NCBI GenBank assembly: GCA_964187785.1
Contig: OZ076416.1
Coordinates: forward strand, 8,246,001 to 8,310,000
Source of the DNA: Amphiscolops sp. MND2022
Taxonomy: Eukaryota
Length of the DNA: 64,000 nucleotides
Direction: 5' to 3'
Below the pieces are notes generated by a model that saw only the letters and a program-made list of their open reading frames with translations, was not told the origin of the DNA and made no database searches. The position numbers were made by a program, and so were the translations under genes. Below, one piece after another: positions 25,906 through 36,924 of the stretch (its first letter is position 1; each line of letters starts with the position of its first letter).

Positions 25906-26559
25906 AACCCCTCATTTTACATTGATTCACAGTTAAACGTTGATCATTTCAATTCATGGCGAAGAAAATTTGCGTTACAATAGGGGCGGGCTTTCTTACA
26001 CAAATTTTGATTGTTCCAGAGGTTAATTTTTTGCTTAAAAAGCCGGATAACTTTTTGCTGCAAGTGTCGAAACACCTCTAGGAGAAATCCTCAAAGTATT
26101 TAGAGTCGTTATAAAATAGCAGTCCGAATCTGGTTGATAGATGTAGGCGGTGGGGGCGGTATGGATAGAATATGCTCTTCAGTTGTTGTTGTTCAATTGC
26201 GGCAATTGTATTTAGGATTTTGATATCGCGTGCTGTCTCCTCCACCAGTAGAGGCAGGTCCAATGCAAAATCCTTCTCTGCTTTCTTTAGTACGTCAGCG
26301 ATCTCCTCATTTTGTTCTGGCTCTAGCGTGTTCAGTTTGGCCGTCTGCTTCAGTCTAATGAGATTGACCGTTTCGTGTTTCTTGAACCGTCTCAATGCGT
26401 TGGTGGGGCATTTGACTTGCTTTGTCCGGCTCGTCTGGCTTTCTCCATCGGACTGATTGCTGTTGGTCCAGGATTCATTGTTGTTCTGTTGAAATTCTTG
26501 TAAAGGGGTCGTGTTTAATGTTTCGCAATAGTGGAAGAAACGGTTATAAATTTCAATGT

Positions 26560-28188
26560 TTAATTCCGCAATCCGTTTTCGCCCCGCTTGATTGGGTCTA
26601 TATTCCTGAATTCTCTCACTTTCTCACTTTCTTTGCCCTTCCCCACTATTCGAGTTTTGTCCGGTTTCAGGATATGGTTTCTTTCGATCCATAAATGCTT
26701 CGTTTCTAGTGAATGGCCTCTCTTTTTGAATATAAAATCCATATCAATTCCGTTGACCTTGTCCTTTTTATTGCTTGGCGACGGTAAGGTTTTGAATGAG
26801 TTTGGAATGCTGCTGTTTGGTAACGGTGAGGCTTTAAGCAAGTGAGTATTTTGGTTCCGTTCGCGTGTGTTAGAGCCGCGTTGTGATTGGTTGAATTTTT
26901 CTGTCGTATCGTTTCGTTCAGTGAATCGTTTTATGCTGCCGCGTTTTTGGTTGAATTCTAATAAGCCGTATATTTGATTAATGACGAAGTCTTCTTCGGC
27001 TTCCGCTTCGGTTAGTCCGTCCGCTTTGTTTTCTAGTTCGGCGATCTCGGATGGTATAATCGGATGACGGCTCAAATAGTCCGTCAGCGGAATGTTTTTA
27101 CCGGCCGTGTATTGAACATTAACATCAAAATGGCTCAATCTATCCAGCCAACGTGTTAATCGTGCGCTGTATTGCTTATGAGCTCGGTTCTTTTTCAATA
27201 GCGGTTGTAACGCCTGGTGATCTGTTAGCAAATTTACTCTTTTTCCATACACAAAATACCTGAAGTATTCTAAACCCCACAGAGCCCCTAGTAATTCTAG
27301 TTCATTAATTGCGTATTTCTTTTCACAATCAGTTAAAAATCTACTTGCAAATGCTACGGGTCTAAAAGTTTCACCTTCTTTCTGCCATAGTGTTGCGCCC
27401 AATCCGGTATTGCACGCATCTGTGGTGATGTAGTTTTCCTTCTGTGGGTCGAAGTGTGCTAGGCATGGGGCCTCTGTGATCTCTTTCTTCAGCTTTTCAA
27501 AGTCTTCGTCTATCTCGGGTGTCCACTCCCATTTGGTATCCTTTCTCAAGAGTTTTCTCATTTCGTCGGTTTTCTTCGATAGATTGTTGATAAACTTTGA
27601 TAAATGTTGTATTGATCCCAGGAATGATTTCAGTTCTTTCACGTTCTTCGGGGCTTCTAATTTAGTTATTGCTTCCGTTTTGTCTTTGATTGGTTTTACG
27701 CCGTTTTGGTTGATACAGTAGCCGAGCCAAGTTAATTCCTTTCTGAATAATTCTGTTTTCTTTTCACTTGCCCGATAACCAGCGTCTTGCCAAAACTTTG
27801 ACAAAACTTCTCGCAATTCATTTTCATGATCTTCGATATCGCCGTTAGTCACGCATATGATGTCGTCTAGCCAGACCGGTGTTTTGAATTCCAACACGGA
27901 GTCGATGTGCTCTTGGAATACCGTAGGGATGTCGGATAAGCCGTAGGAGCCTTTCTTGAACCGGTAGTGTCCGGTGAATTCTCCCCCAATGATGGAGAAT
28001 ACGCAGTGTCTTGCGGCTTCTTTCGACAATTTCGCTTGTCCGTATGCATAATCCAGATCGATTTTGGACATGCAAATATCCCCATTTCCTTTGGTAATTT
28101 TTGCGGAGATTTTGCTAATCAATTCTTCCATGTTCGGCATTGCAGCTTTTCTTTTTATACATGCGTCGTTCTTGCTGACGGTCAACAT
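26560..28188 (-). CDS. Ty3/gypsy RT plus RNase H ORF, 542 aa (copy 2)
   Basis: KIDLDYAYGQ, YGLSDIPTVFQ, PVWLDDII, WLGY, TDACNTGLGATL, ELELLG, LLTDHQAL. Start ATG comes from flanking DNA. Confidence 0.9.
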   Translation of the reverse strand: MLTVSKNDACIKRKAAMPNMEELISKISAKITKGNGDICMSKIDLDYAYGQAKLSKEAARHCVFSIIGGEFTGHYRFKKGSYGLSDIPTVFQEHIDSVLEFKTPVWLDDIICVTNGDIEDHENELREVLSKFWQDAGYRASEKKTELFRKELTWLGYCINQNGVKPIKDKTEAITKLEAPKNVKELKSFLGSIQHLSKFINNLSKKTDEMRKLLRKDTKWEWTPEIDEDFEKLKKEITEAPCLAHFDPQKENYITTDACNTGLGATLWQKEGETFRPVAFASRFLTDCEKKYAINELELLGALWGLEYFRYFVYGKRVNLLTDHQALQPLLKKNRAHKQYSARLTRWLDRLSHFDVNVQYTAGKNIPLTDYLSRHPIIPSEIAELENKADGLTEAEAEEDFVINQIYGLLEFNQKRGSIKRFTERNDTTEKFNQSQRGSNTRERNQNTHLLKASPLPNSSIPNSFKTLPSPSNKKDKVNGIDMDFIFKKRGHSLETKHLWIERNHILKPDKTRIVGKGKESEKVREFRNIDPIKRGENGLRN

Positions 28189-28842
28189 AACCCCTCATTT
28201 TACATTGATTCACAGTTAAACGTTGATCATTTCAATTCATGGCGAAGAAAATTTGCGTTACAATAGGGGCGGGCTTTCTTACACAAATTTTGATTGTTCC
28301 AGAGGTTAATTTTTTGCTTAAAAAGCCGGATAACTTTTTGCTGCAAGTGTCGAAACACCTCTAGGAGAAATCCTCAAAGTATTTAGAGTCGTTATAAAAT
28401 AGCAGTCCGAATCTGGTTGATAGATGTAGGCGGTGGGGGCGGTATGGATAGAATATGCTCTTCAGTTGTTGTTGTTCAATTGCGGCAATTGTATTTAGGA
28501 TTTTGATATCGCGTGCTGTCTCCTCCACCAGTAGAGGCAGGTCCAATGCAAAATCCTTCTCTGCTTTCTTTAGTACGTCAGCGATCTCCTCATTTTGTTC
28601 TGGCTCTAGCGTGTTCAGTTTGGCCGTCTGCTTCAGTCTAATGAGATTGACCGTTTCGTGTTTCTTGAACCGTCTCAATGCGTTGGTGGGGCATTTGACT
28701 TGCTTTGTCCGGCTCGTCTGGCTTTCTCCATCGGACTGATTGCTGTTGGTCCAGGATTCATTGTTGTTCTGTTGAAATTCTTGTAAAGGGGTCGTGTTTA
28801 ATGTTTCGCAATAGTGGAAGAAACGGTTATAAATTTCAATGT

Positions 28843-30471
28843 TTAATTCCGCAATCCGTTTTCGCCCCGCTTGATTGGGTCTATATTCCTGAATTCTCTC
28901 ACTTTCTCACTTTCTTTGCCCTTCCCCACTATTCGAGTTTTGTCCGGTTTCAGGATATGGTTTCTTTCGATCCATAAATGCTTCGTTTCTAGTGAATGGC
29001 CTCTCTTTTTGAATATAAAATCCATATCAATTCCGTTGACCTTGTCCTTTTTATTGCTTGGCGACGGTAAGGTTTTGAATGAGTTTGGAATGCTGCTGTT
29101 TGGTAACGGTGAGGCTTTAAGCAAGTGAGTATTTTGGTTCCGTTCGCGTGTGTTAGAGCCGCGTTGTGATTGGTTGAATTTTTCTGTCGTATCGTTTCGT
29201 TCAGTGAATCGTTTTATGCTGCCGCGTTTTTGGTTGAATTCTAATAAGCCGTATATTTGATTAATGACGAAGTCTTCTTCGGCTTCCGCTTCGGTTAGTC
29301 CGTCCGCTTTGTTTTCTAGTTCGGCGATCTCGGATGGTATAATCGGATGACGGCTCAAATAGTCCGTCAGCGGAATGTTTTTACCGGCCGTGTATTGAAC
29401 ATTAACATCAAAATGGCTCAATCTATCCAGCCAACGTGTTAATCGTGCGCTGTATTGCTTATGAGCTCGGTTCTTTTTCAATAGCGGTTGTAACGCCTGG
29501 TGATCTGTTAGCAAATTTACTCTTTTTCCATACACAAAATACCTGAAGTATTCTAAACCCCACAGAGCCCCTAGTAATTCTAGTTCATTAATTGCGTATT
29601 TCTTTTCACAATCAGTTAAAAATCTACTTGCAAATGCTACGGGTCTAAAAGTTTCACCTTCTTTCTGCCATAGTGTTGCGCCCAATCCGGTATTGCACGC
29701 ATCTGTGGTGATGTAGTTTTCCTTCTGTGGGTCGAAGTGTGCTAGGCATGGGGCCTCTGTGATCTCTTTCTTCAGCTTTTCAAAGTCTTCGTCTATCTCG
29801 GGTGTCCACTCCCATTTGGTATCCTTTCTCAAGAGTTTTCTCATTTCGTCGGTTTTCTTCGATAGATTGTTGATAAACTTTGATAAATGTTGTATTGATC
29901 CCAGGAATGATTTCAGTTCTTTCACGTTCTTCGGGGCTTCTAATTTAGTTATTGCTTCCGTTTTGTCTTTGATTGGTTTAACGCCGTTTTGGTTGATACA
30001 GTAGCCGAGCCAAGTTAATTCCTTTCTGAATAATTCTGTTTTCTTTTCACTTGCCCGATAACCAGCGTCTTGCCAAAACTTTGACAAAACTTCTCGCAAT
30101 TCATTTTCATGATCTTCGATATCGCCGTTAGTCACGCATATGATGTCGTCTAGCCAGACCGGTGTTTTGAATTCCAACACGGAGTCGATGTGCTCTTGGA
30201 ATACCGTAGGGATGTCGGATAAGCCGTAGGAGCCTTTCTTGAACCGGTAGTGTCCGGTGAATTCTCCCCCAATGATGGAGAATACGCAGTGTCTTGCGGC
30301 TTCTTTCGACAATTTCGCTTGTCCGTATGCATAATCCAGATCGATTTTGGACATCCAAATATCCCCATTTCCTTTGGTAATTTTTGCGGAGATTTTGCTA
30401 ATCAATTCTTCCATGTTCGGCATTGCAGCTTTTCTTTTTATACATGCGTCGTTCTTGCTGACGGTCAACAT
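28843..30471 (-). CDS. Ty3/gypsy RT plus RNase H ORF, 542 aa (copy 3)
   Basis: As copy 2, except C39W (GDIWMSK). Confidence 0.9.
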   Translation of the reverse strand: MLTVSKNDACIKRKAAMPNMEELISKISAKITKGNGDIWMSKIDLDYAYGQAKLSKEAARHCVFSIIGGEFTGHYRFKKGSYGLSDIPTVFQEHIDSVLEFKTPVWLDDIICVTNGDIEDHENELREVLSKFWQDAGYRASEKKTELFRKELTWLGYCINQNGVKPIKDKTEAITKLEAPKNVKELKSFLGSIQHLSKFINNLSKKTDEMRKLLRKDTKWEWTPEIDEDFEKLKKEITEAPCLAHFDPQKENYITTDACNTGLGATLWQKEGETFRPVAFASRFLTDCEKKYAINELELLGALWGLEYFRYFVYGKRVNLLTDHQALQPLLKKNRAHKQYSARLTRWLDRLSHFDVNVQYTAGKNIPLTDYLSRHPIIPSEIAELENKADGLTEAEAEEDFVINQIYGLLEFNQKRGSIKRFTERNDTTEKFNQSQRGSNTRERNQNTHLLKASPLPNSSIPNSFKTLPSPSNKKDKVNGIDMDFIFKKRGHSLETKHLWIERNHILKPDKTRIVGKGKESEKVREFRNIDPIKRGENGLRN

Positions 30472-31564
30472 AATCCCTCATTTTACATTGATTCACAGTT
30501 AAACGTTGATCATTTCAATTCATGGCGAAGAAAATTTGCGTTACAATAGGGGCGGGCTTTCTTACACAAATTTTGATTGTTCCAGAGGTGAATTTTTGCT
30601 TAAAAAGCCGGATAACTTTTTGCTGCAAGTGTCGAAACACCTCTAGGAGAAATCCTCAAAGTATTTAGAGTCATATTAATTTCATTTGCACAAGAAGTTT
30701 TTTTAAATATAAAAGTTGTTTTCGTGTGGGCGGGGGGGATTCATGAGAAGCATGGTGCATTTTTTCCTCTTTAAACAATGCCAGTAATGTGCGACTGAAA
30801 ACTCGCTAAGTTCGCAAAGTTTCTTGGTCCTTCCAACTGTCATTCTTGTTCACTTTTTCAATCTGTTTTCAACCTTCTGTTTAAACGTATCTCGAAAAAC
30901 GTCAAAAGTTGTATTATTCTAGAGCGCCGACAGAAAGGACAAAATTTAGTTATTGTAATAAAGGTTTTTTGAAGCAAGTATTTGTCCTTTCTGTCATCGG
31001 TGTCATCGGACGGTCCAATTTTTCCCTAGAAGCGTCTTGTAACAGTATAGAAAAAAATAACAGTCCCACTGTACATTTTGAGCAAATTGATTGATGGATT
31101 TTGAAGTTCACTCATCGCCAAATTATTCAAATATAACATTTTTAACTAACAGTAGAACAAACTCAAAAGTTTGTCATGGTTTTGGTACGAAGTTAATACA
31201 TCTCCTGAACGCGTTTTCCAAAGATATTTGAAAAACATTTTGTTCCAGTGGGAACTTTGATCTCAGAAGCTTCAGAAAGTTTTTTGTACAGTATTTTTAA
31301 TGTAGATGCTATTAGATGTCTATTCAAAATCGAACAAAAGTCGTTCAAAACGCAATGTTCAAGCAAAAACAAAGATGTAAAACAATATGTCATGGCAGAA
31401 ACTGAATTGACCAGAAATATTTTTAAAACCTACTTCATCTTCCAAAGTTTTTAAAATTAAGGAGACGTGTTCAAGTAGAAAGTCTTAATTATCTCAGCAA
31501 AACAATACCGATGTCTTATCGGAGCACCTAGAAAACCATTAAAAGTTGGCCTATTAAACTACTG

Positions 31565-31840
31565 GTGGATTCCCAAATAACATAAGAGCAAAAACATAAA
31601 AATCGAATCTTTTCAAATAACAAAAATGAAATGAATTTCACTAAACACAAAAAATAAAATTGTTTACGAGAAAGTTTTAGTGGTCAAAAGCATTCACAAT
31701 TCAAAAGATTCACTAAAAAAGTATGAAAATTTTAGATAAAATTGAGTAAGTTCCAATGTTTGACCGGGTATTTTTATGTTATTTGAAACTAATTTCATTT
31801 TTATGTTAAATGGAACTAATTTCGTTTTTATGTTATTAGC
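31565..31840. repeat. Interspersed repeat; second copy at ~49663-49925
   Basis: Both start GGTGGATTCCCAAATAACAT and share TTTACGAGAAAG, ATTCACAATTCAAAAGATTCACT and ACTAATTTCGTTTTTATGTTATT. Confidence 0.75.
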
Positions 31841-31944
31841 TGCTACGTTATCAAATTAGCTGTACGTAATCAAAATACCATGGCTACCAATACCAAGCTT
31901 TGGTTCACTTACAATTGATCTGACTGACTAATAGTTGTTTACAG

Positions 31945-32109
31945 TTAACGGTATCAATGGAATGTTGTCTGACCTTGACTTCGCAGCGTGCGAGGATTGT
32001 GACGCAACAGCCGAAGCCGAGTGCACTGACTATTACGCAATCACCGCTGCAGACGACGAGTCGAGTTGCTCGTGTTGCAGCTGCTCGGTAATCTCTGTGC
32101 ATTCCGAAG
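31945..32109 (+). CDS. Unknown host gene 1, exon 3 (acidic, Cys-rich)
   Basis: Acceptor TTTACAG|TT (phase 1, matches exon 2); AACEDCDATAEAEC...SSCSCCSCS; donor GAAG|GTGAGT (phase 1). Confidence 0.85.
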
Positions 32110-32280
32110 GTGAGTTAGGATTTTCTTAAACTGAAACTTTTTATGAAGTTTGTACAAGTTTTTTCTCTGCAAAATCCTTCGAACATATCCTACTTGGAAA
32201 AGGTGGAAACAGCGAAAAATAGGTATCTTTGCCGCTAGTTTTTATCTTTGTTTGATCTTGAGGTGACTAATAGCCATGAG

Positions 32281-32500
32281 GAGCTTGGTGTAGTGGCTAG
32301 AGCATCCGGTCTGTACTGGGGCGGTATCAGGTTCGAATCTCTCTCAACTCACCATTGTTGGTCCTTAAGCAAGTCACCAATTCCTAGCTTAGTGGTATTA
32401 TGGTCAGTGACAAAAAACAATGAATCTGCCTAAGAAAACCAAAACCAAAAAGAGCAACGGTGAGCAGTCAGACCTTTGTGACCTTGAACAAGTCACTTCG
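32281..32500 (+). mobile_element. tRNA-derived SINE with CORE-like motif
   Basis: A box TGGTGTAGTGG and B box GGTTCGAATC, followed by GTCCTTAAGCAAGTCAC and GTGACCTTGAACAAGTCACTT. Cloverleaf does not close. Confidence 0.6.
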
Positions 32501-33794
32501 AAACCACAGCTTCAAGTCCACCATTACTTGACCACTTGGCTGCAAACATGGTACCATAACTTGCTATGGGGAGATAGTATCCGAAAGGGCACCGTTTTAG
32601 AAAAGCAGAACTGCTTATTCAGCGTCCACCCCGCGGTAATGGGGAAATTACTTTCTCTCTAACCATACTTGGCAGTGCATACCATCTGGCAAAAAATTTG
32701 AGATTTTTGTTTCCTCATTTTCAGCAAATATTTCAAGCTTTCCTTATGAATATTCGTTGAAGCATGCTCGAATTACTATCGAAGAGAGTTTTTTCTAAGA
32801 CAGCTAGAGTTCGTTCTTACATGTGTAAGCTATGTATACCTTGAAAAATCATGCGAGATTCTTGCAAGATGATGGTTTTTTCCAAGATTCTTACAAAATT
32901 TAGTCCAGCAAACTGAAAATACATTCCCATTCCCTTCCGAATCTTGCAAGGTTGCTGGTTTTTGACAACTAAGTTCTCCTTCATTGGCTTAAAGAATTTC
33001 TTCTAAAATGAAAATATCTGAGTTCAATGCCCATTTCTTGTTGTCACAAAACCTCGAATAACTTTTGATAAACCGGAAAAAATTGATTCACCGGATTGTG
33101 TGTAAATCCTTACGACGCCAGTTTAACGATAGGTTCCAAGTCATGAGAGTAACTCATTAACTTAATCCTAAATCTCTGATGTTCGTAGAACAATACTGTT
33201 CCCATCACAAGATGGGGAACAAGATAGAAGTAAGTTTCGGCTGTAATCACCGACCATGACGGAAATCACGCAAGTTGCACCGAAACTTCACGTGAACAGT
33301 GACTTAGTGATGCTGAAACTGTAAGATAAGAATCATTAAGATCCATTTGTTTGTCAGTGGAGCGAATCAAACTGCGAATGTTTTGTTCATTCAAACGAAC
33401 TTTCGAGACTTTTTGAGATTCACTAATTCTTCTTTTCAACATTTACCAATTCAAATGGTGAGCAATTATTATCATTCTTATGTGATATTTAGGTGCAGCG
33501 TTACTTTTGGCGTCATTAACGAGTAATTTAATTATCCAAAATCTTGGTTTTCTGGATTAATTTTTCTCTACATTTGTATACTTCGAAGCTACAAATTCCA
33601 AAAACAACTACCTTTTACCCTACTCTTTAATAGAAAAAAATAGCCGAACATTTTGCTGAAACTCACAAAGTTGAGAGCTTTTCTGAGACGCTAATACTAA
33701 GTATATGAATCAATCTTTTTTCTCATTAGATTTTTCGAACTGTTTTTTCCAATTTGCTAAAATTTTCTAAAAGCAAGGGTTTCTTTATGTTCAG

Positions 33795-34926
33795 GAACTC
33801 AAACAAACGCAGGCGATGGTTCGATGAGTACCAAACGAGGACAGATGACGTCACAAGTTTACAACTCGCCACCCCAAAACCAAGGTCGAGCATTACCTTT
33901 TTTGGACATGAATAGTGTTTCAAATGAGCTCTACTTTTCTCCACAAAACATTTCAACTCCCATTTCCGTTGATTGTGACAATCAAAAATTCCAATCCAAC
34001 ATTCCATCAAATCATTTTGACATATCAAACTTCTCTTATTATTCTCCTTATTGTCAACTCCGTCATCCAATGAGAAATCAATACGGTCCACCAATCAGCA
34101 ATCAGTACATTCAGCCAATCAGCAATCAGTACCTTCAGCCAATCAGCAACCAGCATCTTCCGCCAATCAGCAGACAGCATATGTCACCAATCAGCAATCG
34201 GTACAGTCAACAGCCAATCATCGATCATCATCAATCATCGCCTGTTAATAACCGCTACAGCGGATCGCTTAGTAATCAGTACAGTTCGCCGATCAGTGCC
34301 CGTTATAATCAACAGCCAATCAGCGATCAGCTTCAATCAACATTAGCTAATTTTCACAGTCAGCCAATCATAAAGCAGAATGATTCGCCAATCAGCATCC
34401 GATACAGCCAGCAGCCAATCAGCGAGCAGCCTCATTCACCGTTAGCTAACTTTCACAGTCAGCCAATCATAAAGCAGAATGATTCTCCAATCAGCATCCG
34501 ATACAGTCAGCTGCCGTTGAACAATCAGCATTATTCACCGATGAGCAATCGATACAGCCAGCAACCAATCACAGATCACTATTCGATTGATAAACTGACG
34601 TCATCAATTTATCCGCCCCCTTTGCCTCGAGATTTTTCGCCAGACTCCAGCCCAACTTCTCCAGATGAAAGTTTCAACATTCCTGAAACTCGAAGACGTG
34701 TTGCCCGTTATGCATTCAACGTGGACGAGAACTTATATCAGAACCAATATACCAACGAAAAGGCATTACGTAACTCAAGGACTGAATTATCTACGTCATT
34801 ATTTTCGTCGGGAAACTCTCCGAGTCCGAAATCTAGTATTATGAGCAACCCTTATTGCTCTCCAATGGTGGCAAGACGCTTGTTAACATACCAACAGAAT
34901 TCCACGCATTCTTTGGTTAGAACCAG
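33795..34926 (+). CDS. Unknown host gene 1, exon 4 (QPISNQ-type repeats, Pro/Ser-rich)
   Basis: Acceptor GTTCAG|GA (phase 1); 1.1-kb open frame; donor CCAG|GTAAGA (phase 2). Confidence 0.85.
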
Positions 34927-35713
34927 GTAAGAACGACACAAAAGAACTTGATTGGTTAAAAGCGCTAACCGGGTTGGATAGAAAAAATTAGGTTGGGTAA
35001 TTCAACTTTTTTGTGGGTTCCATAGTTGAGACTGCTGAAACTTTTTACATGTTGCAGGCCTGCATGCAGGGTAATTTTTATAAAACCTAGAAAATTCAGT
35101 AAGGTTCCGGTGGTAAATTTTGAAGAATTACACTGCATTTTCCACTACTGCAATTAAATTTGAAAATACTTCCCCATTCTTTACGGACACGATCACGTTG
35201 TCTTCACACTATATTTTCTCAACTACTCATCTGATTTAATTACCACTTCTCCAATAGGACTCTGAAGATGACGCTAGTTTGTTGTTTAACCTGTGAATGA
35301 AGTTAATTTGCATTAAAATGGCGGTAAAATTGCTAATATCTCAGCTGCTTTTAAAATTACAACTGATGCATAATGAAACCTGCAAAACTTCAAAGCTTAA
35401 AATTGCCGCCAAAACTTTGATGAATCTTTCAAGCAGCTTGATAAAAGTTGATGACAACAGAGAAATATCACCAGAATAATGTTTCCTAAACTGTCTTAGA
35501 AAATCATAATAAAAGTTGCTGGCAACTTTAAAGAACATGTAAAAAGTTCAAGCATGTTCAACAAGGGTTACTCTTTTTTTCTATGGCTTTTTTACTGTTT
35601 TCAGGAATTTATGTCGCTTCGATAAAAGTTTAGAACAGAATTCATTCGATAAGACTTTTTTGGAGAGGTTTTGGAAACATACGCTGCTAGAATGGTCCCA
35701 TTCGAGTCGAAAG

Positions 35714-36497
35714 CCCGGATTTCCCGACCAGGTTGATCATACTCTGATCATATATGGTACCATACAACTTTTTGGTATGATCGTACCATGATCAATGTGG
35801 AATCACATATGACTCAGAGTATGATCAACCTGGAACCATAGACTTCTATGGTTCAGTCTGAAACCATAGATGGTCCAGATTATGATCAAACTGAAATCAT
35901 AAATTTTAGTTCCAAACGCGGGTTCACGTGACATGCAGTTTAAACAAACATTTTCAAATATCAAATATTGAGAACCGCCAGCTTTATAGGCTAAGCGCAA
36001 TAGAGCCACATTCGACCTTCTGTATCTGCAAGCGATACATTGCAGGTCAGAACTCCGTTAAGCACTAAGCGGAGTTAAAGAAAAACTATAGTCACTCAAT
36101 TTGTTCTCAGCCAAGCCTTAGTTAATAACTAACTGTTTTGTTACAGCAATGATCACTTATCAGTGTGATTTTCGATTCTTTCGAGAACAATTACCAATAA
36201 TTCAGGAACAACTGCCAAAAATTGATGATTCGAACAGTTTTCAGTTTAGAGATTGTTTTGGCACTTTGGTTCAGAACTTTCAGTAATTTCATCAGTGTAT
36301 GCGTTAACTGACTACGTTATCCTAATTTTCTCTTTATATGTTTCCAGGCTGACCATACTGTGGATATAAAGGTTAATGGTTCCAGGCTGACCATACTCTG
36401 GACCATATATGGTCCAGAGTATGGCCAGCATGGAACCATAAACCTTTTTTGGTCCAGAGTATGATCAACCTGTTTTTATATGGGACGGAAACCCGGG
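35714..36497. mobile_element. Non-autonomous animal-type CACTA/EnSpm-like element, copy 1
   Basis: CCCGG...CCGGG termini, 2-bp TSD AG/AG, subterminal GATCATACTC/GGACCATA repeats. Confidence 0.75.
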
Positions 36498-36924
36498 AGG
36501 ATAAATCATGAAGCAGAATGGAAATCGATAGGAACTCTGGTTGAAACTGCTTGAACTTTTTACAAGATTTTGTAGACTAGAAAGATAGTTTATTATGATT
36601 TTATAGAACTCTCAAGAAAAAACTTCGAATTTCAGTTTCAATTGAATTTTATTAGGCTGCCTAAACGATGCATCCGAAACTTGGCGGCAAATCCGAACCA
36701 CGCAGTTTTGCCGGTTTCATTATGAAGCAGTTCTACTTTTCAAAGAGCAGCTTAGATCTCATCCATTTCGTCGCCATTTTGATGCAAACATACCCCGGTC
36801 AAGTTAAAAGTTTCGAAGTAGCGTTATATTCAGCGTTCAATTTGAATAACGGTAATTACATAAGTTGAAGTGTGAAAACCAAGTGGTAAATGCTGAGTAT
36901 TGATTCAAAGAATAGAAGCTGATT

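Larger units (their letters stand above)
24893..30672. repeat. Tandem triplication of a 2283-bp unit (RT-RNase H-linker plus ~200 bp flanking DNA); first copy has a 1071-bp internal deletion
   Basis: Units 24893-26104 (deleted), 26105-28387 and 28388-30672. Junction microhomology GTC. ORF-track offsets are 2283. Confidence 0.95.

Noticed and set aside
24234-30549. Numerous plus-strand and off-frame ORFs over pol
   Set aside because: Antisense or alternate-frame shadows of the retroelement ORFs, repeated only because the DNA is repeated.
32281-32350. Functional tRNA-Tyr gene
   Set aside because: Acceptor and anticodon stems do not pair; followed by SINE-like body. The same applies to 49388-49455.
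35259-35479. Additional exon of gene 1
   Set aside because: The phase-2 reading from the candidate acceptor hits a stop after 14 codons; exon 4 joins 40576 cleanly.
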